DNA of 63,092 bases, filler included, from Choristocarpus tenellus KU-1152 (Eukaryota; Protista; Phaeophyceae), in assembly GCA_964200185.2 (NCBI GenBank). It is 8 parts of 8 records of this genome, joined end to end, with 100 filler letters (N's around TTAATTAATTAA, not from the genome) between each part and the next. Parts side by side here need not be neighbours in the genome. Positions count along the whole stretch, not along the records: positions 1 to 4,248 come from CAXNAD020015493.1; positions 4,349 to 11,104 come from CAXNAD020007417.1; positions 11,205 to 14,349 come from CAXNAD020021991.1; 5 more parts are not named here. One strand, 5' to 3'. Below, one piece after another: positions 1-12,505 of this stretch. The notes below the pieces were generated by a model. The model was not told the origin of the DNA and ran no database searches. It saw nothing but the letters and a program-made list of their open reading frames with translations. The position numbers and the translations under genes were made by a program. Positions within the stretch are counted from its first letter, which is position 1; each line of letters begins with the position of its first letter.

Positions 1-48
1 ATTGACCTCAAATGGACAGCCGCCACCCCCTCCCAGATACTTTGAGCC
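1..48. mobile_element. MITE family A end (contig edge)
   Basis: AAATGGACAGCCGCCACCCCCTCCCAGATACTTTGAGCC, the same terminus as the full copy at 43393-43572. Confidence 0.8.
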
Positions 49-404
49 TTGGCACAAGTCCTCACCTCGTATGGCCCACCACATACAGTAGTCCCCTCTT
101 TTCTTGATTGGCAGCTCTGATACTCTGACCACTTGCAAGAATTAGTGCTAATAGCATGCTTACCATGATAGGTACATGAGCAGTTAGGGGTTACGCTGTA
201 TCTAGTACACACACGTGCGCGCGCACTTGTTCAGCGCTTGTTTTTGGTTCCCTGACTAACTACAACTCTGCTGTTGTGGGGATACAAGCCGCGATAAAAA
301 TAGTGTGTACACAGAAATTTCACCTCACATAGGGCACCCTGCCTAGCTATGGTAACCTGCTTGCTGTGGATACAGCAATAACACTTTAACCCCACCAACA
401 TCAG

Positions 405-611
405 ATATACTGGTGACTTCAGCAAGGGGCTACGTCATGGGCAAGGAAAGTTAATCTACAGCAATGGGGATCAGTATGATGGGGAGTGGACCCATGGGTA
501 TATTGAGGGTGCGGGAGTCTACACCTGGGTAGATGCAAAGATCTACAAAGGGGAGTGGAAAGCAGGGCTGTGTCACGGTGATGGTGTAATGACCCTTCCA
601 TCAGGGGAGAG
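405..611 (+). CDS. MORN-repeat protein, internal exon (3 MORN repeats)
   Basis: Bounded by cag|...ag|gtgaga, 207 bp. Translates YTGDFSKGLRHGQGKLIYSNGDQ-YDGEWTHGYIEGAGVYTWVDAKI-YKGEWKAGLCHGDGVMTLPSGE, matching the YxGxWxxGxxHGxG MORN consensus. Confidence 0.92.
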
Positions 612-960
612 GTGAGACAAGTGTGTGAAATGAAGAGAAACAAGTCGACATGCTCTTGCATGCTTTGAATTGCTTGTGGTTTAAATGTCATGGTCGAAAG
701 TAGATTTCTGAAGTAACCGTTTGCTGAATGTGCATAAACGTGCAGGGAGCGGCATGTGTTTTTTTCATCAGAGTGACACCATTCAGCATTGTCAGGTTAA
801 CCAATCAACATCGACCCTTTTTGGAAGATTCTCTGATTTATCAGAATCTTTGCCCAAACATTTGCATCAACACAGAATTGTTTGGTGTTACACTCTCACT
901 TAGAACAACAAAATGTAAAGTTTGAGGGATCTGGTAGGTTTGGCTTCAGAGTCAAATGCA

Positions 961-1002
961 GAGCCAAAGTATTGTAGAGAGGGGCTGGGCTTTGTCCATT
1001 TT
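961..1002. mobile_element. Solo MITE-like terminus related to families A/B
   Basis: GAGCCAAAGTATTGTAGAGAGGGG...TTTGTCCATTT. No partner end was found. Confidence 0.4.
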
Positions 1003-1887
1003 TTTGTGGAGGAACTTGTAAACGTGATGCCTGACACACCCTATTGTCATGGTGCAAATTCACATGACCACCTCCAGGGGCATGTTTCTCATTTCCAATT
1101 TCAGATCGCGTTTCCATCTTCTCCCGAGCCCACTAAAACGTTTAACATCAAGCTATTGCAGAAACACTCCTGGACTGATATCAACACTATATTTATTGTA
1201 TGTACATTGTCCGAAGAAAAATAACCTCAAGGTACACAAAAAAAAATAGAGAAACTATTTTTGGCGTTTCAACTAGAACCATTGCACTAAAACGTTCATG
1301 CATTACCACTGAACCAAGAGCCCAGCATTGTGTTGTTTTCATTTTATCCCCTTTGGGGGTTCCCTTACAACTGTTTGGGCCCCTCTCATGTGTGTACTAT
1401 GCTGTGCGAAATCAAGTCCTTCCTGTCTTTCGATCCGTCTGTCTATCTACCTGTCTGTTTGTATGTCCCAGCACCACTACTATAGAGCCACTTTTTCTCT
1501 TTTAACGGTTGTTTGAAACTTGAGTCCTATCGCAGTATATACTTTGAACTATAGTTTGTGTTTTGAACAATAGTTTGTGTTTAGGTCAGATTTCCACGTA
1601 AGGTCTTGACTTCAACAAATACAATATAAGATCTCTCACGAGGAAAGACACAAGGAGTGGCACCACTCCCCCTCCTCTCCTCCCTTGTCTGACATGCAGA
1701 CCCTGAGGGGTCCAGTCCCTCTCACAAGAGTGCGTATTCATATACCTTTTTTTGCCTTTTTTTCATATCACATCATTGTGACAATAATGACAAGCAACCT
1801 TCAAACCGTTGCATCTGCTGGGTCCTTTCTTGCACCTTGTTCATCTTGTCAACGTGTTGTGTGCACAATCAACACTCCTCAAACAAG

Positions 1888-2146
1888 GCACACAGGAAGT
1901 TGGGTAGACGGTGTGAAGCATGGGGAGGGTGTGCAGCGCTGGAACAACGGTCGAACCAGGCGTGGAGAATGGAAAGGCGGCCAACTCATTGGCTGGACAG
2001 GTCCTGAGGTTTTTGGGGATCAGACACTTCAAAGAAAGAAGGAAGTGGGGGGTGCTAAGGAAATAAAAGGGAAAGAGGGTCAGGGCACTAGGAGGATTGC
2101 TGGGGGGAAGAGAGGAGGAGGCAGTGAGAGAGTTGGTCGCACTTGA
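1888..2146 (+). CDS. MORN-repeat protein, terminal exon
   Basis: The aag| acceptor phase matches the previous exon. Reads RHTGSWVDGVKHGEGVQRWNNGRTRRGEWKGG, then a basic tail to TGA. Confidence 0.85.
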
Positions 2147-4248
2147 ACTACCACACAATTGTAGTAGGCAGACTACTATGGAGTGACTAAATTGCTCTCA
2201 CTTTTCTCGCCCTTGGATCAAGTTTGAAAAGGATGGAATTCCTGCATCCGACACTTTTGCACTATTTTTTCCTTCTCAGTAGGTCTTGGAATGAAGCTCC
2301 TATCTTGCTTGACTGGACAATGGCACATACTCTGTGCTGAACACTATGCAAGTTGTAGTAGTACAGTGCAAACTGAATATGTAACAAAGATAATTACACT
2401 GCAATGAAGAGTACCTCGAGACATTACATACAGCATGCACAAAATGTCATGAACTCACAAATGTGTCATCCATCATCTGCATAACCTAGAGTTGATATTC
2501 AGCATGAAATATATGGTACAATGTAGGGTGATAGTCAACTGTATTCTGGTTAATTAGGCTGCCAAGCAAACCTCTTTAATGGTAATAGTGATCACTGTTT
2601 CCTCCGAATGACCGCAACACCGGCAATGCATGAAAACATTTCACACACATAACGCGACGTGGCAGTGAGGATGACAAGAGTATCACAGGAAGAAGACTGC
2701 GGAGCAGGCCCCAACAACACCACACCTGCAGTGCCATAGAAATCTAGATCACATTCCATCCTGGCCTGCTATAAATAGCAGTCAGGCATTTTGTCAAAGA
2801 TATGCATACACTTTGAAGGATATTATTAGTGACTACTATTTATAATACTAATACTAATACTAACGCAGGCCTCTAGTACTCTCCGTTTTTACTGCTGCAT
2901 TCAGCAGTCGTAATCCACTCACACCCCAACACATCATTTCACCTACTACAACAGTCTTCAACCAACTTCCACATTTCAACTGTCCAACTTCTTTCCCCAC
3001 TCCTCAACACACTGCAGTCATTTCCTTACACAACTTCAAAATAAATTTGTACCCAACCCCAAGGCAGTGCATTAAAAAAAAACACTATTTCTACTACAAT
3101 AAATGCATATTGCTCAAAACCCTTGCTTGCCTCCATATTAATAAACCCATTATCCACCAAAACATGATGAAGCAGTGTGTCCATATCGCCTTCTTGTCCC
3201 CTACCAACAGTAGCACTATCAAGGTCCTGAAAAGGTACTGTCCACCATTCTCTGAAAGGAGGCAAATTCTAGTTCCGCTACCTCACCCCCTTACATAAAC
3301 CATGTTGAGAATCTTCCCTGTATATGAAGCTCCAGTGAGATCCACCGTGGCCCTTTTATCCTTCAAAAGCTGTCTCCTACACCCCTACAACCTTTTCATC
3401 AATTACCTCCTAATAGTCTCATCCACTCTCAAAGAGTGACTAGAATCAACCTCAAAGTCTCACAAATCGATCGGTGCACTCTTTCCTACCAGGAATAAAA
3501 AAATAAGGCCAAGTCAACCTTTTATCGTTGTCTCATGAATACAATCCGATATGCTGCCATACACAGTCAGGAGGGTGAACCCCCCCCAACATGCCATCGC
3601 CCCCTAATTCGCCTGTACAATGAAACAAATATAGACAGCATCATAGACACACAGCGGTTCATCCACGCAATCCAGAAATGGATACAAAATCTTCTAACAT
3701 AACTCAACAACAGCAGCACCAAAAAGGGACCAAGAGAGACTGCAAGAAATATGGCTCTATTGCATCCCCCATGTCGAAGCGGATGGATTATAATAAAACA
3801 CCAAACCCCACATGTCCAAACTGCAGTCCACTACATAACCAACAAAAAGATATTAGTGTCGCCCGTATGTACACCATAAGGAGCTTCTCCATTCATTTCG
3901 CCCCTTCCAAACCCATGTTGCTTGTTCCCCAGGGAGGTATACTTCACCCAATTCCCAGTCAGGACAAGCTTGCCACCATTACTACCTACAGAAAATCATG
4001 CCTAAGAAGCTTAGTATCAGGGATGAACGGCTTTCTTGATCTCTTCAACAAGAAAGTCGTACAAGAAGAACAGGGGGTAGCTCATCTCCATCAACTACTA
4101 CTTTGCAAACAGCATTCTGAGCACACTATACACAAGAGACCAGTAACTGCGCCCCCTTTCCCTTCTACCCCACCTCCTACACATTCCACTCCTGATCAAC
4201 ACCGCCCCCCCCTCTCTTTTCCTGTCCTAAATTTAGTGTTATTTAGCC

Positions 4249-4348
4249 NNNNNNNNNNNNNNNNNNNNNNNNNNNNNNNNNNNNNNNNNNNNTTAATTAA
4301 TTAANNNNNNNNNNNNNNNNNNNNNNNNNNNNNNNNNNNNNNNNNNNN
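4249..4348. other. Artificial contig linker
   Basis: N44-TTAATTAATTAA-N44 (stops in all six frames). Identical linkers occur at 11105-11204, 14350-14449, 19291-19390, 35856-35955, 39454-39553 and 56246-56345. Confidence 0.98.
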
Positions 4349-4373
4349 CCCCCCCTCCCAGATACTTTGGGTC
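4349..4373. mobile_element. MITE family A end
   Basis: CCCTCCCAGATACTTTGGGTC at the contig edge. Confidence 0.7.
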
Positions 4374-6149
4374 GAATGCAAACATAGAATAAAATAATCA
4401 TAATTCAGATTTCGTGAGCAAAACAAAACGAATCCCGTACTCTGGAGGGATTTCTGACGGGTATCACGAATATGCTTTTTTTAAAATCAGACATCAAAAG
4501 TCATGACGGGACAACCCCAGAGGGCTACGGTACTTGTACCACTATAGTGGGCAAACATGTTTGGGACCATTTCTAAATTGTTTGACATCTTTAATATAGA
4601 GTAAACAATGAGGTTGGTGGACGTAGAGGTTATTAAAAGAACTGGAACAAAAGCTTCCTCCCTGAATGCGATCTTTCGTGAAAATGATAACGGTATTGAC
4701 TGTGTTAGCATTGACTTTTCTTGGAATAGGAACAAATTGTTTTGTAACCCTTACAGTATCTAGAATAATCGTCGCAAAATAGAACACTGCAAATGTTGAT
4801 TTGTGAAGTGTTTGTATGGAGCTTGAATAAAGAATATACTATGTTTAGTTCTAATCAATAATATTGTATTCTTTATTGACCTTAGAATGCGAATAGAGGG
4901 CAGACACACTCACACCCAGACGCACAATATGAAGTTAGACTGTTGTCATTTCATCAAGATTCTCACCAGTAACAAAGAATATTATGCTTGAGAAGATGTT
5001 TTTGTTCCGTCTCACAAAATGAATGGGTTAAAATTTCGAACTCTAGAAGTGTTACTCAAATTTTTCAATGAACGACTATAAATCCAAACAATCCCATGTT
5101 CTTCTATGTCTGTTTATTTTTCTTCCTTACAACGTTTCGAACCATATGAGTACGACATATGAGAGTAGTGATGTGTCAATGATAATATTTCTAAGAATCA
5201 TATTGGTCGTTTAGAATCGATCAAATTAATATTTCTCAGGAATATTTAAATAATCAAGAAGGGATCTGCACACCATCTATAATGTCACGCACATCAACAG
5301 AAATCTAGTCCTTCACATACACTTGGTTTGGTATAAAATCTATTTGATAGTATTACAGAATCTGACACCTGGCACTTGATATACAGTTCTTTTATTAAGA
5401 AGGAACATCATATTGATATTGGTGTTGAGGTGATTGTTGTCAAAACTCTGTACCACTATTCATGGTACGTAAATGTATGTATTGTGTCTAATGATAGGAA
5501 GGGCAATCGATCTTATTCGTCGTTTGGTGAGAGGGAGGGTGCGAGCAGTGAGTGCGAATTTGGATTTGCCAAGGAGCGCAGCGATGGGATAGCAGATTGG
5601 TGAACTTATTCTGATAGAGGTCAGTGTACGCGTGACCTGTACGGTAATCCGGTAGAAGTATAAATGGAGGATTTGGGGTATGATTTTTCAGAAACTTACA
5701 CTAAACTCGATGAGAAAAAAGTAGAAGAGTGACCAAGAGGGTGGATATTGTCTCTACGCCCGCAATCGGAGTTCTATGTTCCGTATAATTTCAGCGGCCA
5801 GCCCTAGCACTTAGACAGGATACTTTAGCTAGATCATTAAGGAATTGGGACGACGAGTCACGTGATTGCTCACCACCCCCCATCGATCCATCGCACCCCT
5901 GAACGAGGTGCAACGCCCATAGTTTGGAATTTTGTATATTGTGCCATTTATCCGCCCCCTGGATAATCATCATGAGCGTCGAAGATTCTATTGAGGACTC
6001 CTCTTCGATGTAGGCTATAGAAGACGTGCTTCGGTAATAAAGGACTGTAGCGGGATATACCCATGACGCTTGTACTCAATGATGACTTTCTAAAGGCTAT
6101 TATCAGAGAGCAGGTGGGATCCAACAAATTCCTGTATATGCTAAGTAGG

Positions 6150-6400
6150 GATTCAAACCAACTGAGAGGTAGGCAGGGTTGGATTTTAAGGATCCCATGA
6201 AGGGGGAAAAATATGTCATTTTGTACCATTATTACAGAAAAAGCCTTTGTCAAATTGTGGTGTCACCTTACGTGTGGAAAGGAGGGATATCAACTTTGCG
6301 TACACTAATGTGAACACAAAACAATGAAATACAGTAGTGCACAGGGTAAGAAGGGTGCTAAAGGGTCGAAACCTGCCTACCACCTCAATTGGTTTGGCTC
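6150..6400. mobile_element. MITE family C
   Basis: TIRs GATTCAAACCAACTGAGAGGTAGGCAGG / CCTGCCTACCACCTCAATTGGTTTGGCTC. The interior resembles the copies near 48.5-49.2 kb and 61.3-61.9 kb. Confidence 0.8.
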
Positions 6401-6982
6401 AGAGTAATATAGAAGATCACTTGGAGTAGAAGTAGTGCATCATTTCGTGGTGAGTATTTTGTCCCTAATTTTTTCCAATGTGCAATACAAGCTGGTCTCA
6501 CCAAGAAAGATGGTGATGATATGTCCTTGTTGTTTTTGCATTTACACGACGGTTTACCTACTGATGACACGAAACCTGTATTGTTGGGGCGCTAGTATGC
6601 ACCTTAGGATGCGTTTTTGGTGGCTCAAGTGGTTGTGGTTGTGTAACATACTGAGTGATGTAGCTGATGGGAAAATGGTTCGTCAATGTTGACATGGTAG
6701 AGGGTGCAAATCTCATCCGTCATATTCATGCACGTATGTGAACTTACACCGTAAGATCTCTTCCAACAAACTGTCTGGCTGTAAATTATTGTTACTAGTG
6801 TATTTTATTATTCAATCTCGGACCAGATAGCCCCCCTTGATCCAATCTTGTGTTTCCAAATCAAAAAATGAGTATTTCAAGTTTGAGATCAAGAAGTCAT
6901 GAGCTAGTATTCAAGTCATTTTTTTTTGTTGTGCATCTCTTGAGGCCAGTATCACCCTCATCGGTTTTAAGGTCTCACCAGA

Positions 6983-7240
6983 GAGTGAAAGTATCTTAGA
7001 GGGTACGAGTTTTGCCCTGTTTGTCTATTTGGGACTTGACTTCCCTTGGGGTTTATACGACTTTCACACTCTCCAAAATATTTCGGAGTACGTAAAATTT
7101 ATACGCTATGAAAAGGTGGGTCCGGAACAAGGATATCGACACTTGCCAACAAAAACGATACTGAAAATTACATCAAAACCGCAACATTGGATTTTGGCCC
7201 CCAAATGGACGTGGCTCTACCCTCCAAGATAATTTGGCTC
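6983..7240. mobile_element. MITE family B, complete, with 4-bp TSD CAGA
   Basis: TIRs GAGTGAAAGTATCTTAGAGGGTA / TACCCTCCAAGATAATTTGGCTC, with CAGA on both flanks (6979-6982 and 7241-7244). Confidence 0.88.
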
Positions 7241-8520
7241 CAGAGCTTGGTTTGAAACAGAAAGTGACAGTGTTCCATTCTAAATCTTCCTCGCCCCTAG
7301 AATTCAACAATTTAAGCTGCAAATACGTGCTTCACTCACCTATACCTGACGCGAGATCTTGACTCAAGTCCATTTTTGCACTTAGTCCGCGCGTTTCGGG
7401 ATTCTGACCAGTCCTTTCGATGATAATTACACTTTAACTTTGTTATTACTCAAGCCAACAAGTCATGGTGGAAGACCACATTTCCTAAGGAATACTTTGC
7501 ATAGATGTAGAGATACATTTCGCCAAGCTGTGGCTAAACCAGCTTGCACTTCCTATCCAAGTCCACTTGAACTCTCCCTCTCCCAACGCTCAAGGTGCTC
7601 ATGTACCCCCCGTCCTTGTCCCAAGTTTTTTCAATGCACACAACCTTACCTTTCCCCACTCCCACCCCCCCCACCACTGGTGGATAGCCTCCACTGCCTC
7701 ACTTTGACCCATAGAGTCATTGATGACAAGTATGTAGAACATGTTGAGCAGTGTTTGTGCCTGCCTAACCGAAAGGAGGTCTCCCCTAGTTTTACTATGT
7801 CATGGAGATATACCACCTACAGTTTCAGTGTTTCAATTTGTGGAAATCACACATGAAATATAAAACATGCACTTGACCTTGTTATGCACAATGGTGAAAG
7901 CTTACATGTATCCACAAACTATTTGTGCATAGAAAGTCTGGTTTTTTGGTCTTCTTGTGGGTCAAGAAGCACCGTATAATTATGAAAGTGGTAGTCCACT
8001 TCTCACTGTGGTGACTAGATTTGAACCTCCACACAATAGGAAACCCCATCTCTACGTATTCAAACTCCAGAGTTAGTTATGATCCAAATCTGCTCAGAAT
8101 CTATCTGTTTAAAGCAGCAGTGTCTTCTAAAGGGTTGTTAGTCGGCGATACACTATGACGAAAAAACTGTTGACAGTTAATAATGTGAGATTGTATTTAT
8201 CATTTGGGGTAAATGTGTACCATATCACTCCATTGACTTCCAATTTCCAAGTCGACGGAAAGGGGGAAATTTTCGAAACCGATCGGCAGCCTGCACGAAA
8301 GAAAGGTCATCAAAAAAATTGTTTGACGTACCTGGCGTAGGTTCCTGACGGAAGGAACAGAAGGTAATTTGTTGGGATAATAAGTTGAATGTTGTGATTT
8401 TGATGAATTTTGGTTTTTGTCTCTGTTAGCAAGTGTAGAAATCCTGGCTCCAGACACACATCGTTCATAGGCGTATACATTTAGGTAACAGTATTCACAG
8501 AGAAAACAGAACAAGGGAAT

Positions 8521-8593
8521 AAAAAACCCGTGGGAAGTCAAGCCCCAAACGGACAAACAGGGCAAACTTCTACCCTCTTAAATGCTTTGGGTC
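8521..8593. mobile_element. MITE family B-related end
   Basis: GGGAAGTCAAGCCCCAAACGGACAAACAGGGCAAACTTCTACCCTCTTAAATGCTTTGGGTC resembles the B terminus. Confidence 0.65.
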
Positions 8594-8759
8594 TTGAAAT
8601 GCAACTCTGTGTACCTCTTGTTTACACTGACTTCGAGAAAGAACTGAACTAAGGACTGCATGATGGTCAGAGTGCCACAGGAAAAAATCGACATACAACA
8701 GAACACCATGAAGAAATCTAGTGGTGCTATCCACGACCACAGGATGCTCTGCGTCAAGG

Positions 8760-11060
8760 TCAGAATTACATTTGCTTTTTGGTATCAATCCCCTTGCAAA
8801 GGACCAAAATAGATGAGATAAGACCTGAATCTTGCTCATACCTTTGGTGCACAGGTATAGGAGGAGGGACGAATCCTAAGCAATCTTCAATCGTCTATTT
8901 CACTGCATTGAGGTGTCACCCAAAGGAGCACACCATGCCCATTTTTTCCTCTCAAAGACGTCAGGTCAGTAGAATCTTGAAATGAGAATCGTGATCTGAT
9001 GTGACACTTGAGGGAAGAAATATTCTCAATTCACCGATATTTTCAGATAGATGCATCTTGTCATACATATATGTTGAACATTCAACCTTCATTGTAATAC
9101 CAATTTGGTGACCCGTTCCACTTTGCTAGAAAAAAAGAAATGCTATGTGCTCAGATATTCTGTTGAACGCTTATACAGCTTTCTACTTTGACAATTGAGA
9201 TCAATTCTGACAGGCACAGCTGTGCCCTAGAGATTGATGATGTATAAGTCTTGCTACTATTATTATCACATTAGCCCATATGGCTACCCTCTCTCTGTAA
9301 TAGTCTCTCCAGTAGAACTGAATTGCTTCATCAAGATTAGAAGTGAGTTGGTAGGGTTCCCTCTACTGCTATTTCCGCTGTCAGTCATCTAGAACAACCC
9401 TGTATCCAGAAGTCCCAAACGTCTCGATCTTACTAGATATTTCTCGATTACAATTCTATAACTAGAGCGTTCTCAGAATGTTCTTCGGAACACTAGAAAT
9501 ATCATTTCTGGAAAGCAACCGTTCATGAAAAATACATTATTTCATAATGTATCTGGTGCTTCCATGATCTTCCATAACACAAATCCATTTGTCTGCTACT
9601 AATACTAGTCCTATAAGTCTGTGGAGCACCAAGTGTGAACATCATGAACCAATAGAGGAAAACAGAGGAAGTGCTGTTCTTTTTAGGAACTTCAAGATCT
9701 ATAGAAGCTTTGCGCCTACCTAATTTCTCGCCCCCCTATAGATATTGTTTGTTAAGCAAGGGCACAAATCATGCAATCCCCAGTCTCGCGAAAAAGCAGA
9801 GTTTTATTTTACGTTCATAAAAGTGATGTTCTTCAAAGCTGCGATAATGAATAACTCTGATCGACTTTCTCTAGGATTAAGAACCAAGTGTACCTACAAT
9901 CTTTTGGATACTTTCAAGGCATTTATACTGAAGGGAGAACACCCACCAATTATTTTGGGTCGACATTTGGGTTAGTATGTGCTTGTTGTCGTTTTGCTCT
10001 GTAGCATGGTGGAGTTGATGCCGGCCTGTTTGAGGTTCTGTTGTCCTGTCACTATCTCCTTGTCGGAACAGTACAACTTTTCCACAACCTCTTTCCAGTC
10101 AGAGTACGCACGTGTGTGGTCTATGAAATGATTTCGGAAAATCCCCACGATGCTCTATAGCACTGCTAGAAATCATTTTACCCACCCTTCCCATAGAAAA
10201 ATGATCGAAATCAGTTTGATTTCTTGGAGCTAGCTGGGTACCCGGTCGTTATCACAATGGTTGGTAAGGTTTTTACTGTATAATCTCAAACTGTTTGGTT
10301 TGAACCGAATCAGGCCCAAACCTACAATTATCATCTACGCTGGGAAACATCAAATCGACTGGTCTGAGTTGACCCCTATGACAAATCTAGTCTCCAGTGT
10401 ACTTGATGACATTACAGGTGATACAAAACTGTTTCGGGTAAGACTTGATTGTGTCGAGATTCTTTGAAGTTTGATTGATCATGTGATCATCGCTCAAAAT
10501 GATCCCCAACACATTTCTACAATGGTTGCACACGAGATATATGTTACATATTACTTGCTAGGTGGTCTTTGAAACTGTAGATCAACTCTTCTAATTGACT
10601 TTCTGTCATCTTGTCCAACACCAGCCTCCTCTTGATGCTGTTACCCCACAGCAAAACAGGAAGTCAGGAGTCTGGAAACGGCAACCCTCGCACACTCAAT
10701 GGCCTCAAGGGATCTTGTTAATTCCCTTGATGTTCGGCATCTGGTCAGTAGGTATAGTATCAGCAATGGGAGACTTAATGGTTTCTTCAGACGAGCCAAC
10801 AAGAGCGCAATTTTACCTTTACGATAGCGACACACCAGACCTGCAGCCCTTATCCGCCCTTCCCAACGGAAATATGATGAGGGATGAGTGCTATGGTGGA
10901 TGGAAAGGGCTAAATATCGCTTACTGGGTGAGCAAGACGAACCCACCCTTGCTAGTAGAGCCATGAAATGTCATTGTGATGTCAAGCATTGGATCGCTCT
11001 TGTCAGACAAGATTATGTGGTATGTAGCGATGTTCGTAGTACATGCATATATAGGGGTAC
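8760..11060 (+). pseudogene. Decayed Helitron Rep/Pif1-helicase
   Basis: The frame from 8760 gives SELHLLFGINP (like motif 1 PDLFITFTCNP) and FHCIEVSPKGAHHAHFFL (same spacing as HUH motif 2 EFQKRGLPHAH). Near 10260-10470, GK-FLLYNL, TIIIYAG and VSSVLDDITGDTKLF resemble Pif1 motifs. Many stops and frameshifts. Confidence 0.55.
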
Positions 11061-11065
11061 CATCT

Positions 11066-11104
11066 GGCTCAAAGTATCTGGGAGGGGGTGGAGGCTGTCC
11101 ATTT
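11066..11104. mobile_element. MITE family A end
   Basis: GGCTCAAAGTATCTGGGAGGGGGTGGAGGCTGTCCATTT. Confidence 0.8.
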
Positions 11105-11204
11105 NNNNNNNNNNNNNNNNNNNNNNNNNNNNNNNNNNNNNNNNNNNNTTAATTAATTAANNNNNNNNNNNNNNNNNNNNNNNNNNNNNNNNNNNNNNNN
11201 NNNN

Positions 11205-11374
11205 TTTGTTAGGAAGTGTCAATATCTATGTTTTGGGCACACCTTTTCATAACGTACCATTTTACCCACTCCTAAACATTTTGGAGTAGGAAAATGTCAT
11301 TAAAAAAACATGGGAAGCCAAGCCTCAAATGGACAAACAGGGCAAAATTCGTACCCTCTTAGATACTTTCACTC
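11205..11374. mobile_element. MITE family B, partial
   Basis: Closely matches the right part of 40951-41205 and ends ...AGATACTTTCACTC. Confidence 0.85.
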
Positions 11375-11680
11375 CAATATCCAAAGCGCGGCAAGACTGT
11401 TGGGGGTGTGTGTGTCGATTTGAAACATTAATCCTGAGCAGGAAAACATAACGTCAAATCTCGAAAGTGAAAGATGAACATAAAAGGAATTTACGCACCG
11501 ACTCGAGTTAGATGTCGGGATGGCAACCATGCACAGGTTTATGCTTGACATAAGGCAGACAGTGATGAATGAGTTTCATGTGTTCTATCGAACGGTAAAA
11601 AGAACATCAATATCCTAAGCGCGGCAAGACTGTTGGGGGGGTGTATGTCCATTTCCGATGTGAACCCTATATCGGAAACG
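11375..11680. repeat. Diverged direct repeat, two copies 233 bp apart
   Basis: CAATATCC(A/T)AAGCGCGGCAAGACTGTTGGGGG at 11375 and 11608. Confidence 0.75.
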
Positions 11681-11929
11681 TTCCAAAGGTATCGAAGCCC
11701 TTACTCGTGCATATTGAAGGTGTCGCCATGTCACCGTGGACAGACGGATCTTGTGGTGTGTGAAATTGCATCATCGAATCTTGCTTCTAATTCGGATCAG
11801 TTGTCTGATTAATCTTAACATATGTGACCGCAACACATGTTCCAATTTCGGAAAAAGGTTTGGTCGAATTTGCTGTAGTCATTTCAGATTAAAGCCGTTG
11901 AATTGACTCTATGTTGACATGTTCGATGC

Positions 11930-12505
11930 GAGGTGTGTACACGGTTATGAAGCTAACAAATACAGGGTATTGAATTTGAAAATGCTGGTATTACCACTGC
12001 TGGCAGCTGGTGTGTACACGGTTGAAAAAAAACAAACAGAGGGCATCGAATCTGAAGATGTTGGTATTACCACTGCTGGCAGCTGGTGAGTACACGGTTA
12101 TAAAGGTAACAAATATAGGGTACTGAATTCGAAAATGCTGGTATTACCACTGCTGGCAGCTGGTGTGTACACGGTTGCGAATGAAAAAAATGCAAGGCAT
12201 CGAATCTGAAAATGTTGGTATAACCACTGCTCACAGCTGGTGTGCATGCGGTTGAAAATAAAGAAAATAGAGGGCATTGAATCTGAAAATGTTGGTATCA
12301 CCACTGCTGGCAGCTGGTGTGCACGCATTGCAAATGAAAAAAATACAGAATACTGAATTTGTCATTGTTGGTGTTACTAGCATTGACAGGTGGTGTGTAC
12401 TTGGTTGTAAAGGAAAATAAATACAGGGCATCAGGTTTATGTATGTTGGTGACACCACAATCTGCAGCTGGTGTGTACTTGGTTGTAAAGGTAACAAATA
12501 CAGCC
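11930..12505. repeat. Tandem repeat, 76-78 bp unit, about 7.5 copies
   Basis: G(C/G)TGGTG recurs at 12006, 12082, 12159, 12236, 12313, 12389 and 12467. Core sequence is GAATYTGAAAATGYTGGTATTACCACTGCTGGCAGCTGGTGTGTACACGGTT. Confidence 0.93.

Noticed and set aside
2900-4248. LINE-like remnant (A/C-rich strand, CPNC); similar at 60500-63070 on the minus strand
   Set aside because: No convincing RT or endonuclease motif could be read, so it is left unclassified.
4249-4348. Repeated TTAATTAATTAA motif and ORFs ending in X...LIN
   Set aside because: This is an assembly linker, not biology.
11930-12505. CRISPR array
   Set aside because: The apparent spacers are homologous to each other, there are no cas genes, and the context is eukaryotic.
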